Source: Candidatus Electrothrix yaqonensis
Lineage (GTDB): Bacteria; Desulfobacterota; Desulfobulbia; Desulfobulbales; Desulfobulbaceae
NCBI GenBank assembly: GCA_047651235.1
Contig: CP178758.1
Location: 810,001 to 842,000, forward strand
DNA: 32,000 bases
Reading direction: 5' to 3'
Position 1 is the stretch's first letter, and every line of letters begins with the position of its first letter. Below, piece after piece: positions 1-9,415 of this stretch. Both the position numbers and the translations under genes were made by a program. The notes beneath the pieces were generated by a model. It ran no database searches. It was not told the origin of the DNA and saw only the letters and a program-made list of their open reading frames with translations.

Positions 1-2
1 CC

Positions 3-506
3 TTTGATGTGCTGCTTTCCCTGACAGCACTTGTACTGCTCTCCCCCGTCTTTCTGGCAGTGGCCGGTTTTGTGTTTCTGCTGGACGGACGGCCCGTTCT
101 TTCTGTTCAGGAACGTGTCGGGCTGAACAAGCGGCGTTTTAAACTGTTTCAATTCAGAACCACTGTGCGGAATGCCGGAGAATCTGCTCCGAAGATGACA
201 AAAACAGGGAAATTTCTGCTGAGAACCGGGCTGGATAATCTTCCTGAGTTGTGGAATATTCTCAAGGGCGATATGAGTTTTATCGGGCCCCGCCCATTTT
301 CTATAGAACGGTTTAAGCGGATCCAGGAAAATACCCATCTGCGGCGTTTCAGCGTTAAACCCGGCATGACCGGACTGCAGCAGATCAACTGCGGAAATGA
401 CGTAACACTTGAAGAAAAGATGAATATGGATCTTCAGTATATTGCGGAATGGACTCCCTGGGGGGATATCAGGATTCTGCTCAGAACGTTTTTTGCGCCG
501 CTGTAG
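3..506 (+). CDS. Bacterial sugar transferase (undecaprenyl-phosphate glycosyl-1-phosphate transferase family), C-terminal part; the 5' end lies outside the window
   Basis: The frame is open from the window edge (..FDVLLSLTALVLLSPVFL..). It has the membrane hairpin plus 'FQFRTT' and 'DNLPELWNILKGDMSFIGPRP' motifs typical of the Bac_transf (WbaP/PglC) family. Stop codon at 504-506. Confidence 0.85.
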   Translation, partial: FDVLLSLTALVLLSPVFLAVAGFVFLLDGRPVLSVQERVGLNKRRFKLFQFRTTVRNAGESAPKMTKTGKFLLRTGLDNLPELWNILKGDMSFIGPRPFSIERFKRIQENTHLRRFSVKPGMTGLQQINCGNDVTLEEKMNMDLQYIAEWTPWGDIRILLRTFFAPL

Positions 507-581
507 TTTATGGAATAATTCCTGCGTGTCCTGAAAAAGGTGCATGCAGGAGAGAAGCAGAGCAAGAAACGGCCTGTCCCG

Positions 582-2825
582 CTACCCCAGCACGGTCTGG
601 AGTACTTCCCGTTCCAGCGGGGTGTCAAAAACAAAATGAAGGGTATACCGGTTGGTCTTTTCGTCCGCCTGACTGATTGACATGACAGTCCCCTGGACGT
701 TCAGCTGCGGAGGAACGCCTGCGACCGGAACAGTGATGTGCAGCCGTCGGCCGAAAAGTACTCTGATGTGTTTTTTCTGGGCAAGGTGGAAATTCATGGC
801 AAGGCCGCCCTGGGAAATATCCGAGAGCCTGCCTTTGAAACGCTGCCCCATAGCGTGCCCCAGATTGTTGATGATCTGAAATTCTATCTTGCGGGCAAGA
901 CGGTAGCGTTCAAACATCCGTCGGTTCAGCCCCTTGCGCAGAAGCAGGCCGTGCACATCATTCGAGCGGTTGTAGAAATCGCGCAGTTTGGTTTCCAGAC
1001 CGGGAAATGCCTCCTGCCAGCGGGCAAAGCTGGAGCGCTTGAGGATCGATATGCGGCTTTCCGTCTGCGCACTCATACCGACGGTCCAGACAGAAGCCTC
1101 AAAAAAGTTTTCACCGGCCAGATCCCCCTCGCTGAGGGTTTTTACGTAGAATTTCCGGTCATTTTTCCGGTAGAACACCCGTATCATGCCCTGATTGACA
1201 AAAAACAGCTCGTCGTTTCTGTCTCCCTGATGAACCAGTATTTCTTCCGGTTCCAGCTGACGGTTTTCCAGTTCATGGTAAATCGCGCTGAACTCCTCTG
1301 CGGTAAGTTCATGGAGAAGGTTTGACCAGATATCAAGATAACTGCGTACCCGGACGCCGCTTTTTTTCTGCTCGATCAGCTCGGAGGACTGAATGATTTC
1401 CGTCAGCGCATTGGGATTGATTTCATTAAAACGTTCTTTGAGCCGTTCTGCATTATGTAAATCGTTACTTTCCATACATTCGACAATAAGATCAAAAAGC
1501 CGGTGTGTGGCTTCCGCCTGATTACCGGCCATGGCAATCCGCAGGATATTGGTTTCTCTGGCCGCAACAGGATTATTCTTCACAGGGACATGCAGTGCCT
1601 CAGCAGATGAACGGTGCAGCTTGTGTTTTCCGCCGTGGTTGATGTTCCGGACAGCCTGTTCCGCTGCCTGCAGGAGCTTTTTCACCGAAACAGTGCTGTC
1701 ATTATCGTCCGTTGTATTGGAGGCGATAATTTTTTTCAGGGAGGGCAACGCCTTGACGGAACCGATCTTGCCAAGTGTTCTGCAGATCGTGGTCTGCAGC
1801 TGATATCCGGCTTTGGTACGGATCAGACATGCTTCGTCCAGCAGGTCCACCAGCGGCGTGACCAGACTGTTGTCCGGGATATCCCCGAGCAGAGCAACAA
1901 CAGGTTCTTTCAGTTCCCGGGGGACAGTCTGTAATGCATGGAGAAAAAAAGATTTTTTTTCATGTGCATCAATTCTGCTGGCTGCTCTCAGCACCTCCCC
2001 CTTGACCCGGAGATCTTTATGCTCCAGGAGCGCAGTTACCGGCCCGAAACAAAAGGGAGAACCTATTTCTCCAAGGAGTTTTATCGTGTTCCTGAGAAGG
2101 TACCAGTCCTGTGTCTGCTGCAGCAGAGCACACAGGCTGTTTTCCGCAGACGGCCCGATATTCTCGAAAAGTTTGAGCAGTGCATCCGGTTTATCCTTAC
2201 TTTGCTGCAGACTCTGTTCTTGAATAAGAAATTCAGCAGCAGCTTCACCGAAGAGAACAAGCAGGCGGCCGGCATCATCGCTTTTATCTTTGTCGTATAG
2301 GTATTCGATAAGCAGCAGTTCCATTAACGGTCTGGTCGCTAGGTCACGGGTAAGATGCCCGGCCTGCTTCCGAATTTTCTTGCTGGCGGCAGCCAGTCCG
2401 TCAGATTCGCTGAATATCATCAACGCCTTCCGGGCAGCGGCATATCTGCCGATCTCAATCTGATAGGCTGCAAAAATAGAAAGCGCTGTAATCAGCTGCC
2501 AGGAAAGGGGATCATTCTCTGCAGCAAGGCTGAGGGCCCTGTCAACAGCTGGCAGCAATTTTTCCATGCGCTGCCATTCCCGGTGGGCAATCAGCAGCTC
2601 CAGGGTGTCTGTCAGACGGACAGCAGCCTTGGCATGCAATTTCGGTTTACCGCTGTGGAGCCAGGATGTCAGCTGGTTCAGCAGGATATCCAGCTGTCTC
2701 TCCTCCTGTTCCACAAGCAGTCCCGAAAGGGTTTCCGAGAACATTTTTTCGTTTTTATCAGCTGCTGGCCGATTATGTACGTATCGGGGAGATTCTTTCC
2801 CGGTATAGGTCTTCATAGAAATCAT
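582..2825 (-). CDS. Multidomain signalling protein: HEAT-like repeats, a cyclic-nucleotide-binding (CAP-type) domain and a C-terminal PilZ (c-di-GMP receptor) domain
   Basis: 747-aa ORF. HEAT-like repeats include 'LLGEIGSPFCFGPVTALLEHKDLRVKGEVLRAASRI' and 'ICRTLGKIGSVKALPSLKKII'. A cNMP-type beta-barrel is seen in 'ILVHQGDRNDELFFVNQGMIRVFY...LSEGDLAGENFF'. PilZ motifs 'RRMFER' (RxxxR) and 'DISQGG' (DxSxxG) lie near the C-terminus. Confidence 0.8.
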   Translation of the reverse strand: MISMKTYTGKESPRYVHNRPAADKNEKMFSETLSGLLVEQEERQLDILLNQLTSWLHSGKPKLHAKAAVRLTDTLELLIAHREWQRMEKLLPAVDRALSLAAENDPLSWQLITALSIFAAYQIEIGRYAAARKALMIFSESDGLAAASKKIRKQAGHLTRDLATRPLMELLLIEYLYDKDKSDDAGRLLVLFGEAAAEFLIQEQSLQQSKDKPDALLKLFENIGPSAENSLCALLQQTQDWYLLRNTIKLLGEIGSPFCFGPVTALLEHKDLRVKGEVLRAASRIDAHEKKSFFLHALQTVPRELKEPVVALLGDIPDNSLVTPLVDLLDEACLIRTKAGYQLQTTICRTLGKIGSVKALPSLKKIIASNTTDDNDSTVSVKKLLQAAEQAVRNINHGGKHKLHRSSAEALHVPVKNNPVAARETNILRIAMAGNQAEATHRLFDLIVECMESNDLHNAERLKERFNEINPNALTEIIQSSELIEQKKSGVRVRSYLDIWSNLLHELTAEEFSAIYHELENRQLEPEEILVHQGDRNDELFFVNQGMIRVFYRKNDRKFYVKTLSEGDLAGENFFEASVWTVGMSAQTESRISILKRSSFARWQEAFPGLETKLRDFYNRSNDVHGLLLRKGLNRRMFERYRLARKIEFQIINNLGHAMGQRFKGRLSDISQGGLAMNFHLAQKKHIRVLFGRRLHITVPVAGVPPQLNVQGTVMSISQADEKTNRYTLHFVFDTPLEREVLQTVLG

Positions 2826-3019
2826 CTTGGCCGGGTGGACAGAATATTGAGCCGGATACGGAGTAAGAAACTCCGGAACAGCAGAATACAGGCATAACCG
2901 GTGCTGACGGGTACACGGCAGGCAGAACCGGGCCTGTTGTTCTGGTTTTCTGCAGACCTTTCAGGAACTCTGAAAGAAAATACAGGAGAAAGGATAACAG
3001 TTCAATAATGAATATGCCA

Positions 3020-3622
3020 TCATTTTTTTTGCTGTACCGGTGTAATGATATTGCACTGCAGGAGAAGAGAGATGCAGGTACTGAGCGGCAGCCCGATCAC
3101 GTTTGTACATGATCCTGTAATACTGCGGACCAGAAAGCCGCCTTTTGCTTGGATGCCGTAGGCTCCTGCCTTGTCCAGAGGCTCTCCGGTGCGGATATAG
3201 GCGGAGAGCACTGCGTCAGGGACATCAGCAAAACTGACCTCGGTGGTACGGGTCAGACTTTCCTGCCGGTTCTTGTCCATGCAGGCAAGAGCGAGGCCGG
3301 TGATCACCTGATGCGTTCTGCCCCGCAGGCTGCGCAGCATTTTCAGAGCATGTGCCGCATCAGCCGGTTTACCCAGAATCCTACCGTCAAAAGTGACCAC
3401 GGTATCTGCACCGATTACCCAGGCTGCCGGATGCTGTCGGGCGATACATGCTGTTTTTTCTTCAGCCATGCGCAGGGCAAAGCCTGCAGAGGTCTCTCCG
3501 GCCTGCGGGGTCTCGTTAATATCGGCTGGCAGCACGGTGAAATCTATACCGAGATCCCTCAGGAGCTGTTGACGTCTTGGTGAGGCAGAGGCCAGAATGA
3601 GCGGTTTTCGGGTCAAGAACAT
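3020..3622 (-). CDS. maf: Maf-like nucleoside-triphosphate pyrophosphatase / septum formation protein
   Basis: 200 aa with Maf family signatures 'LILASASPRRQQLLRDLGIDF' and 'AGAYGIQ'. Confidence 0.9.
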   Translation of the reverse strand: MFLTRKPLILASASPRRQQLLRDLGIDFTVLPADINETPQAGETSAGFALRMAEEKTACIARQHPAAWVIGADTVVTFDGRILGKPADAAHALKMLRSLRGRTHQVITGLALACMDKNRQESLTRTTEVSFADVPDAVLSAYIRTGEPLDKAGAYGIQAKGGFLVRSITGSCTNVIGLPLSTCISLLLQCNIITPVQQKK

Positions 3623-3677
3623 GGGGTCAAAGGTGAGAAGGTGACGTGGTATTCATGAGGCGTTCTTCTTCCGGTGG

Positions 3678-3703
3678 AAAAAAGGCGGTACTGAGGTACC
3701 GCC
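3678..3703 (-). terminator. Rho-independent terminator downstream of dapL
   Basis: Read on the minus strand: 8-bp stem GGCGGTAC / GTACCGCC with a 4-nt loop, followed by TTTTTT (the A-run at 3678-3683 on the plus strand). Confidence 0.6.
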
Positions 3704-3733
3704 CTGTGCGGTGCAGAAAGAAAGATAAAGCGG

Positions 3734-4957
3734 TCAGGCAAGCGCCTGCTTTATCCGCTCCATTGCCCGGTCCACATTTTCACGGGAATTGAAGGCGGAA
3801 AGCCGGATATATCCCTGGCCGCATTTGCCGAATCCTTCGCCCGGTGTGCAGACCACTCCGGCCTCGTTCAGCAGCATATCAAAAAACTCCCAGGAATCGC
3901 GGTTCCCCCATATCCAGACATAAGGAGCATTGGCCGCTCCGGCATACGTAAAGCCCAGTTCTCCGACTGCCCGGGCAATCAGGTCGGCGTTTTCCAGATA
4001 CGAGGCCACCAGTTCTCCTGTCTGCGCCTTGCCCTCCTCGGAATAGACAGCCTCGGCAGCCCGCTGCACCGGATAGGAGACTCCGTTGAACTTGGTGCAG
4101 TGACGGCGGTTCCAGAGGGGATGGACAGCCTGCCGGTTGCCGTCCCCGTCATAGGCCGTGCATTCCTTCGGCACCACAGTATAGGCGCAGCGGGTTCCGG
4201 TGAAACCGGCATTTTTGGAAAAAGAACGGAATTCAATAGCTACCTCTTTGGCACCCTCGATTTCAAAAATGGAATGGGGCAGTGATTCATCCCGGATAAA
4301 GGCTTCATAGGCAGCATCAAAGAGGATCAACGCCTTGTTCTCTTTTGCATAGTCTACCCAGGCTTTCAGTTCCTCTCTGGTAGCAGTCGAGCCGGTCGGA
4401 TTGTTGGGAAAACAGAGATAGATCAGGTCAACCGGCTCTGCAGGCAGGTCCGGCACATAGTTGTTTTCTGCTGTAGAATCAAGATAGACCAGCCCCTGGT
4501 AACGGCCGTCGGCAAATGCGCCTGTCCGCCCGGCCATGACATTGGTATCCAGATAGACCGGATACACCGGATCGGGAATGGCAACTCTGGCATCTGTGCT
4601 GAACAGCTCCTGGATATTGCCGGTATCGCATTTTGCCCCGTCAGAAACAAAAATCTCATCCGGACTGATATCCGCTCCTCTGGCCTGAAAATCGTTTTGA
4701 GCTATGGCCTCACGCAGGAAGGAATAGCCCTGTTCCGGACCATAGCCGCGGAAAGTGCTGTCTTGCGCCATTTCATCGATGGCCCGGTGAAATGCGGCAA
4801 TACAGGCAGGCGGCAGTGCCCTAGTCACGTCACCAATCCCTAAACGGATGATTTCTTTTTCCGGGTTGGCCTCCTGAAAGGCTGCCACCCGCTTGGCGAT
4901 ATCGGAAAACAGGTACGAGGCCTGCAGTTTCTGGTAATGTTCATTGATTTTCAGCAT
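3734..4957 (-). CDS. dapL: LL-diaminopimelate aminotransferase (DapL-type)
   Basis: 407 aa. The N-terminus '[21 protein letters not shown]' and the PLP-lysine context '[15 protein letters not shown]' match DapL-type class I aminotransferases as I remember them. Confidence 0.88.
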   Translation of the reverse strand: MLKINEHYQKLQASYLFSDIAKRVAAFQEANPEKEIIRLGIGDVTRALPPACIAAFHRAIDEMAQDSTFRGYGPEQGYSFLREAIAQNDFQARGADISPDEIFVSDGAKCDTGNIQELFSTDARVAIPDPVYPVYLDTNVMAGRTGAFADGRYQGLVYLDSTAENNYVPDLPAEPVDLIYLCFPNNPTGSTATREELKAWVDYAKENKALILFDAAYEAFIRDESLPHSIFEIEGAKEVAIEFRSFSKNAGFTGTRCAYTVVPKECTAYDGDGNRQAVHPLWNRRHCTKFNGVSYPVQRAAEAVYSEEGKAQTGELVASYLENADLIARAVGELGFTYAGAANAPYVWIWGNRDSWEFFDMLLNEAGVVCTPGEGFGKCGQGYIRLSAFNSRENVDRAMERIKQALA

Positions 4958-5085
4958 GATGTCTCTTTGTAACAGTTATATTTTTTTGATTTTACGGCTT
5001 ACCCGTTCCGGGAAATCATTCATCCTGTTCATCAGCTCCGGAAACTATACCGGATAACGAATAACAGCAGAACCGGATTTTTTTA

Positions 5086-5113
5086 TTGCAAAAAGCTGTA
5101 CATATGGTATAAA
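5086..5113 (+). promoter_or_regulatory. Sigma70-like promoter candidate (TTGCAA-N16-TATAAA)
   Basis: -35 TTGCAA at 5086-5091 and -10 TATAAA at 5108-5113, in the AT-rich intergenic region between dapL and the amidase gene. Confidence 0.3.
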
Positions 5114-5212
5114 AAATTGTACTATAAAGATAAGAGAGGACTTTTTCTTCCCTTTCCCACACGAAGGGGAGGTTATACTATACATGTCGTGCAAAAAATC
5201 AAGGTACATACA

Positions 5213-5338
5213 ATGACTCCCCGTGATGCCGTCCGGATTCTGATACTCAGCCCGATTTATTTCCGTCTGACACCGCCTCAACGTCTTGCGCTGGTGAAGG
5301 AATATTGCCGTTCAATCAACAGACCTCAGCATAACTGA
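5213..5338 (+). CDS. Hypothetical small protein (41 aa), very uncertain
   Basis: ATG at 5213 (MTPRDAVRILILSPIYFRLTPPQRLALVKEYCRSINRPQHN) lies downstream of the promoter candidate. The RBS is weak (AAGG) and I recognise no family. Confidence 0.2.
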   Translation: MTPRDAVRILILSPIYFRLTPPQRLALVKEYCRSINRPQHN

Positions 5339-5394
5339 TTCTCCGGTTCGTCTGGCCTGAGCTGAATGCCTGCATTCCGGCTGCCTGTCTGCTT

Positions 5395-7782
5395 TCACTG
5401 CAGGGTCGCAGTCCGCTGATGCTCGGCATAGGAAAGCACCCCGGCGACAATCTGCTCGGCAAGGGTCTGCAGATATTGCTCATCTTTGAGTAAACGTGCT
5501 TCTTCCGGGTTGGTGATAAAGGAAATTTCAGCCAGAACAGCTGGCATCTCAGCTCCGATAAGCACATAAAACGGCGCCTGTTTCACCCCCAGATCCTTAA
5601 CCCTGTACCTTTTCTCTTTCAGTCCCCTGACTACATTGCCCTGAACAAATTCAGCAAGCTGGGAAGACTCGCTGATCTTTTCGTTCTGCATCAGCTCGGA
5701 GAGAATGTCCTGCATCTCACTCATATTATGGGTTGAGGTGGCGTTTTCAAAGGCCGCAACCCGCATGGCCTCGGTCTGGGTGGCAAGGTTCAGGTAGAAT
5801 GTTTCCACGCCCCTGACAGCATCTTCCGGGTGAGCATTGACGTGGATGGACAGAAAGAGATCCGCTTCTTTTGTATTGGCAACAGCTGTACGTTCTTCAA
5901 GGGACAATGAGGTATCTCCCTCTCTGGTCAGGATCACTTCATAATTATATTCTGTCTCCAGAATTTTTCGGATCTTTTTGGCCACGTTCAGGACAATATC
6001 TTTTTCCTGCAGGCCGAAGGCAGTAGCGCCGGGATCTTTTCCCCCGTGCCCCGGATCGATAACGATCCGCCGGATCCCGAGGCCAAGCTGCTGGGCGAGC
6101 GTAAAATTTTCTTCTGTCCGCCGGGATCGGGATGCCCTGCCAGCGACAGCCCTTTTTCGTTCCTTCGGGGTGATAATCTTTTCTGTCTCTTTCTCCGGTT
6201 CTGCAGTTTCTTTTTCCTTCAGTGCAAGATTTTTTGCGGCGGTTTCCTTCAGTTCCTTTCCTGCTTCCGCAGATTCTGCGGGTTGTCGTACATCTGTTCT
6301 GAGATCCGGCGGCCTTTTCTTCGGCGGGACTCTCACTGCCATTCCCTTCATGCCGCGGACATCCACCACGACCCGAAACGGATCTTTGAGATTGAACACC
6401 TTGTAGTCGGCAATGGATCGTGTTTCAAGATAGACCCGGACCGTTTCCGCATCAAGCTGGTCCGTGTAAATACGTTTGAGCAGACCGTCCTCAATGGATA
6501 CCGGAGAACGGTATTTCGGCGGGATATAGCTCTTTTTAAAATCAATGGACAGGTATTTCGGCATTCGGCCCGTTTTATCAAGCAGGTTGGCCCGATAATC
6601 CACCGGCTGTGAGGCCTTGATCACCACCCGGGTATAATTGTCCGAAGACCAGTATTGAACCGGCAGCACCTTGACTGTTCCCTGCGGCTGGAAGAGGTAT
6701 TTTTTTGTGGGGTCCACCTTTTTTCGGGGAGAGGGCGGGTGGATGACGGTTTTTTCCGGAGCACCGGCCTGCTGTTCAGCAGTATTTTCTGTGCCGCTGT
6801 TTTGTTCGCTGTGCTCCGCATCGGTCTTCTTCACAGAGTTATCTGTGTCATCTGCGGAAAGGTTGCCGACAGTTTTTTCTTTTTGCTCCCGATCGGCTGC
6901 TGCCGCTGCTGCCAGTGCCTGCTTGACAGCTTTCTGTTCAGGTACCTGTTCCTGTTTCTTTGCCTTGGAATCAGTCGCCCCCTCTTCTCTGCCTGAGTCT
7001 ATTTCTTTTAAAGCGGACAGAACGATTTTCGTTTTCGGCACAGATTGTGTCGGCTGTTCAACCGGTCGGGGCGGCGGGTCGGGATTGTCCTGCCTGTGCG
7101 AAACAATGTCCTCTCCGGAATCCGTTTTTTTTTTCAGAAGAATCAGCAACTCCTGCAGCTCCCTGTCTGCCAGTTTTCGTTGACTGCTGTCAGGATAGTT
7201 GCGGATCAGCCTGTAATAATAGTTTGCAGCCCGTTTAAAATTCTTCCGTTCCTCCTGTTCAATCCGGGCAAGGGCATAGAGCGCATTGTCCGCTTTTTTT
7301 CCCTGCGGGAAAAGAGAAAAAACATCCGTATAAAAAGAGACTGCTTTGTCAAGATCTGCCGAACTGCCGAACTGTTGATACATTTTGCGGTACATCCGTG
7401 CTACTGTATATAAGCAGGAAGATGCAATGTCACTTTCCGGATCTATCCGATAAATACGCTGTAATTCGTGAATACCGGTCAGCCAGTTTTCCCGTTCTGC
7501 AGCAAGAGCCGGAGTGCCCTTCAGCTTGTAATAATAATCGCTCGCCCGCTTGTACTGCCATTCCACAGTCTCTTTATAGGCAAGTTCTGAAGAGGCTGCC
7601 CTTGCCGTCAGTCCGGCAGAAAAGGACAGGATCAGAAGAGGGATGATCAGGAGGAGAAAATGAATATTGCCGCAGCGCTGAAACTTGTTGTAAAACCGGC
7701 AGGCACAGGACATGCTGACAAATAAACGGGAGTCTGGGGGTAATAGAGCAGCAATGCTGGAGTACGTACAACAGTACAACAA
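5395..7782 (-). CDS. N-acetylmuramoyl-L-alanine amidase (AmiC-like) with TPR/YbgF-like and AMIN-like N-terminal regions
   Basis: 795-aa ORF. It has a signal/TM segment 'IHFLLLIIPLLILSFSAGLTARA', K/E/P-rich linkers and an AMIN-like region 'YTRVVIKASQPVDY...FRVVVDVRG'. The C-terminal Amidase_3 domain shows 'IVIDPGHGGKDPGA...LSIHVNA'. The start is uncertain (M at 7782 or at 7713). Confidence 0.85.
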   Translation of the reverse strand: MLYCCTYSSIAALLPPDSRLFVSMSCACRFYNKFQRCGNIHFLLLIIPLLILSFSAGLTARAASSELAYKETVEWQYKRASDYYYKLKGTPALAAERENWLTGIHELQRIYRIDPESDIASSCLYTVARMYRKMYQQFGSSADLDKAVSFYTDVFSLFPQGKKADNALYALARIEQEERKNFKRAANYYYRLIRNYPDSSQRKLADRELQELLILLKKKTDSGEDIVSHRQDNPDPPPRPVEQPTQSVPKTKIVLSALKEIDSGREEGATDSKAKKQEQVPEQKAVKQALAAAAAADREQKEKTVGNLSADDTDNSVKKTDAEHSEQNSGTENTAEQQAGAPEKTVIHPPSPRKKVDPTKKYLFQPQGTVKVLPVQYWSSDNYTRVVIKASQPVDYRANLLDKTGRMPKYLSIDFKKSYIPPKYRSPVSIEDGLLKRIYTDQLDAETVRVYLETRSIADYKVFNLKDPFRVVVDVRGMKGMAVRVPPKKRPPDLRTDVRQPAESAEAGKELKETAAKNLALKEKETAEPEKETEKIITPKERKRAVAGRASRSRRTEENFTLAQQLGLGIRRIVIDPGHGGKDPGATAFGLQEKDIVLNVAKKIRKILETEYNYEVILTREGDTSLSLEERTAVANTKEADLFLSIHVNAHPEDAVRGVETFYLNLATQTEAMRVAAFENATSTHNMSEMQDILSELMQNEKISESSQLAEFVQGNVVRGLKEKRYRVKDLGVKQAPFYVLIGAEMPAVLAEISFITNPEEARLLKDEQYLQTLAEQIVAGVLSYAEHQRTATLQ

Positions 7783-7893
7783 TACAGTCAGGCACGGAAA
7801 ATTTCGGAGGCTGATGATCAGGACACTGATGCACCGCAGTCATGACCTCTTCTATCTGTCGGAACAAGCTCTGCTGATTATACTCCATTCCGG

Positions 7894-8136
7894 TTAATTC
7901 GCAAACAGATTAGACTTAAACTGACAGTCCGAAAAAAACGCCCGGCAGTCGCTGCGCTTCGGATCATCGGATATGGGCACCCGCTCACTCACCTTCAGGC
8001 CCTGGAAGCTGCTGTTGATTTTCCGTAGAGTGAGCATAATCACGGTGAGGTAGACCTTGCGCTTCGTGCCGGAGACCGCGATGTGGATACGTCGGGCCTC
8101 GTTGTCCGCCCGAATCAGGGCCTCTGCATCGAGCAT
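7894..8136 (-). CDS. Hypothetical 80-aa ORF in a GC-rich orphan segment (possible gene remnant)
   Basis: Only an open frame (MLDAEALIRADNEARRIHIAVSGTKRKVYLTV...). I recognise no motif. An in-frame stop lies directly upstream and an adjacent start-less ORF sits in another frame. Confidence 0.25.
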   Translation of the reverse strand: MLDAEALIRADNEARRIHIAVSGTKRKVYLTVIMLTLRKINSSFQGLKVSERVPISDDPKRSDCRAFFSDCQFKSNLFAN

Positions 8137-8341
8137 GGGATGGCACTACCCCTGTTCGTTTTCCTGGTCCGGATCGCCGAGTGCTGTTAATTCGGGTTCG
8201 GACTCCGGCGAGACCAACAGCAGTAATTGCAGCTCCCTTGCGGTTCGGTTGATGCGCGGCGGACAGTGACTTTGTGTTTTATTTTGCAGGCGAAAACATC
8301 AAAGTGTTGCAAAAAAAGGAGAAGGTATTTAAGGCTATCTG

Positions 8342-8378
8342 AAAAAAGGGGCCACCGTGAGTATGTCTGGCGGCCCCT
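8342..8378 (-). terminator. Rho-independent terminator downstream of the mepK-like gene
   Basis: Read on the minus strand: 10-bp stem AGGGGCCGCC / GGTGGCCCCT (one G-U pair) with a 12-nt loop, followed by TTTTTT. Confidence 0.75.
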
Positions 8379-8390
8379 GCGGGAAAAAGA

Positions 8391-8939
8391 TTACCAAGTC
8401 CTGACCCGACCGGTATCAATGTGCACAAAATTTGATTTGGCGTAATAGCCCACGCCGCCGGATTTGAGGGCAATGGCGCAGTCCCGGACATCCCGGGTTT
8501 TTTTGCCGGTAAGCCGGATATCAATAGCCATGCCCTTCATATGCAGGCTGCGTCTGGCCACTCCTCTGCTTCTTCTGCGCAGCAGTCTGTTGGTTTTCGG
8601 GGAACGGTAGCCGGAGATCACCTGATAGGTACTGCTGCAGCACATCTCCTGCTGGATGCCCCAAAGAATATCCAAAACGGCAGGGTCAATGGGATACTCT
8701 TCTGCAGTGCGGAAATCACGGAGGTAAGTTGTGATTTTTTTCAGCGCCGCAGGATTATATTTCCCGCCTTTTGCATAGGTGATCTCAAGACATTTCTGTG
8801 TATGGGTGTGATAAAATGACAATGTTTTTTCCTCATCGCCGGGGGAGGAAGGAATAGCTGCCCAAGTCGGAGTAACCTGAGCAAGAACAAGCCCGACAGC
8901 AGTTTTTGCTCCCAGGGCCAGAAAAGAACGTCGATCCAT
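8391..8939 (-). CDS. mepK: Tat-exported DUF882 / YcbK(MepK)-type peptidase M15 murein endopeptidase
   Basis: 182 aa. Twin-arginine signal 'MDRRSFLALG...PTWA'. Motifs 'ISGYRSPKTN', 'SLHMKGMAIDI' and 'FVHIDTG'. Confidence 0.8.
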   Translation of the reverse strand: MDRRSFLALGAKTAVGLVLAQVTPTWAAIPSSPGDEEKTLSFYHTHTQKCLEITYAKGGKYNPAALKKITTYLRDFRTAEEYPIDPAVLDILWGIQQEMCCSSTYQVISGYRSPKTNRLLRRRSRGVARRSLHMKGMAIDIRLTGKKTRDVRDCAIALKSGGVGYYAKSNFVHIDTGRVRTW

Positions 8940-9228
8940 AGCCCACTCCTTGTATTGTTTCTCTCTGTAAACAGATTATTCCATGTGTCTTACCGGTTTT
9001 TTGACCGGATAGAACAAGAAATAATAATAACAAGTAATATAGATACATTAAACGGTATAATTTTTTTTCTGTCAATAGGATTCCCCAATAAAAATCAGCA
9101 GGGCTTCTTCCGGCTTCTCTCCGGTATGACTGTTTTGCGGTTCTTTGGATTCATTACAGAAAGCCATATGGCCAGCTATACGGCCGGTACCGGCTATCGG
9201 TACGGAAAAATCTTTTTAATATTAATTA

Positions 9229-9258
9229 TTGACAACAGGATATTTGTTCCTGTACAAT
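9229..9258 (+). promoter_or_regulatory. Sigma70-like promoter (TTGACA-N18-TACAAT) for the AAA+ gene
   Basis: Consensus -35 at 9229-9234 and near-consensus -10 at 9253-9258. It would give a leader of about 150 nt that begins with a perfect 9-bp hairpin (9263-9271 / 9289-9297). Confidence 0.5.
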
Positions 9259-9415
9259 AAAAGGTCGCTGACTGTCAATTACTTCCATTCAGCGACCGGA
9301 CAGAAACCCGGATCTGAATGTCTCTGCATGTTGCCTGCAAAAAATCTTTTTTCATCCGCTGTAATCTGTTATTATCTCCTGCTCCGACGCATTTTCTTTT
9401 TTCTACAGGCAAGAT

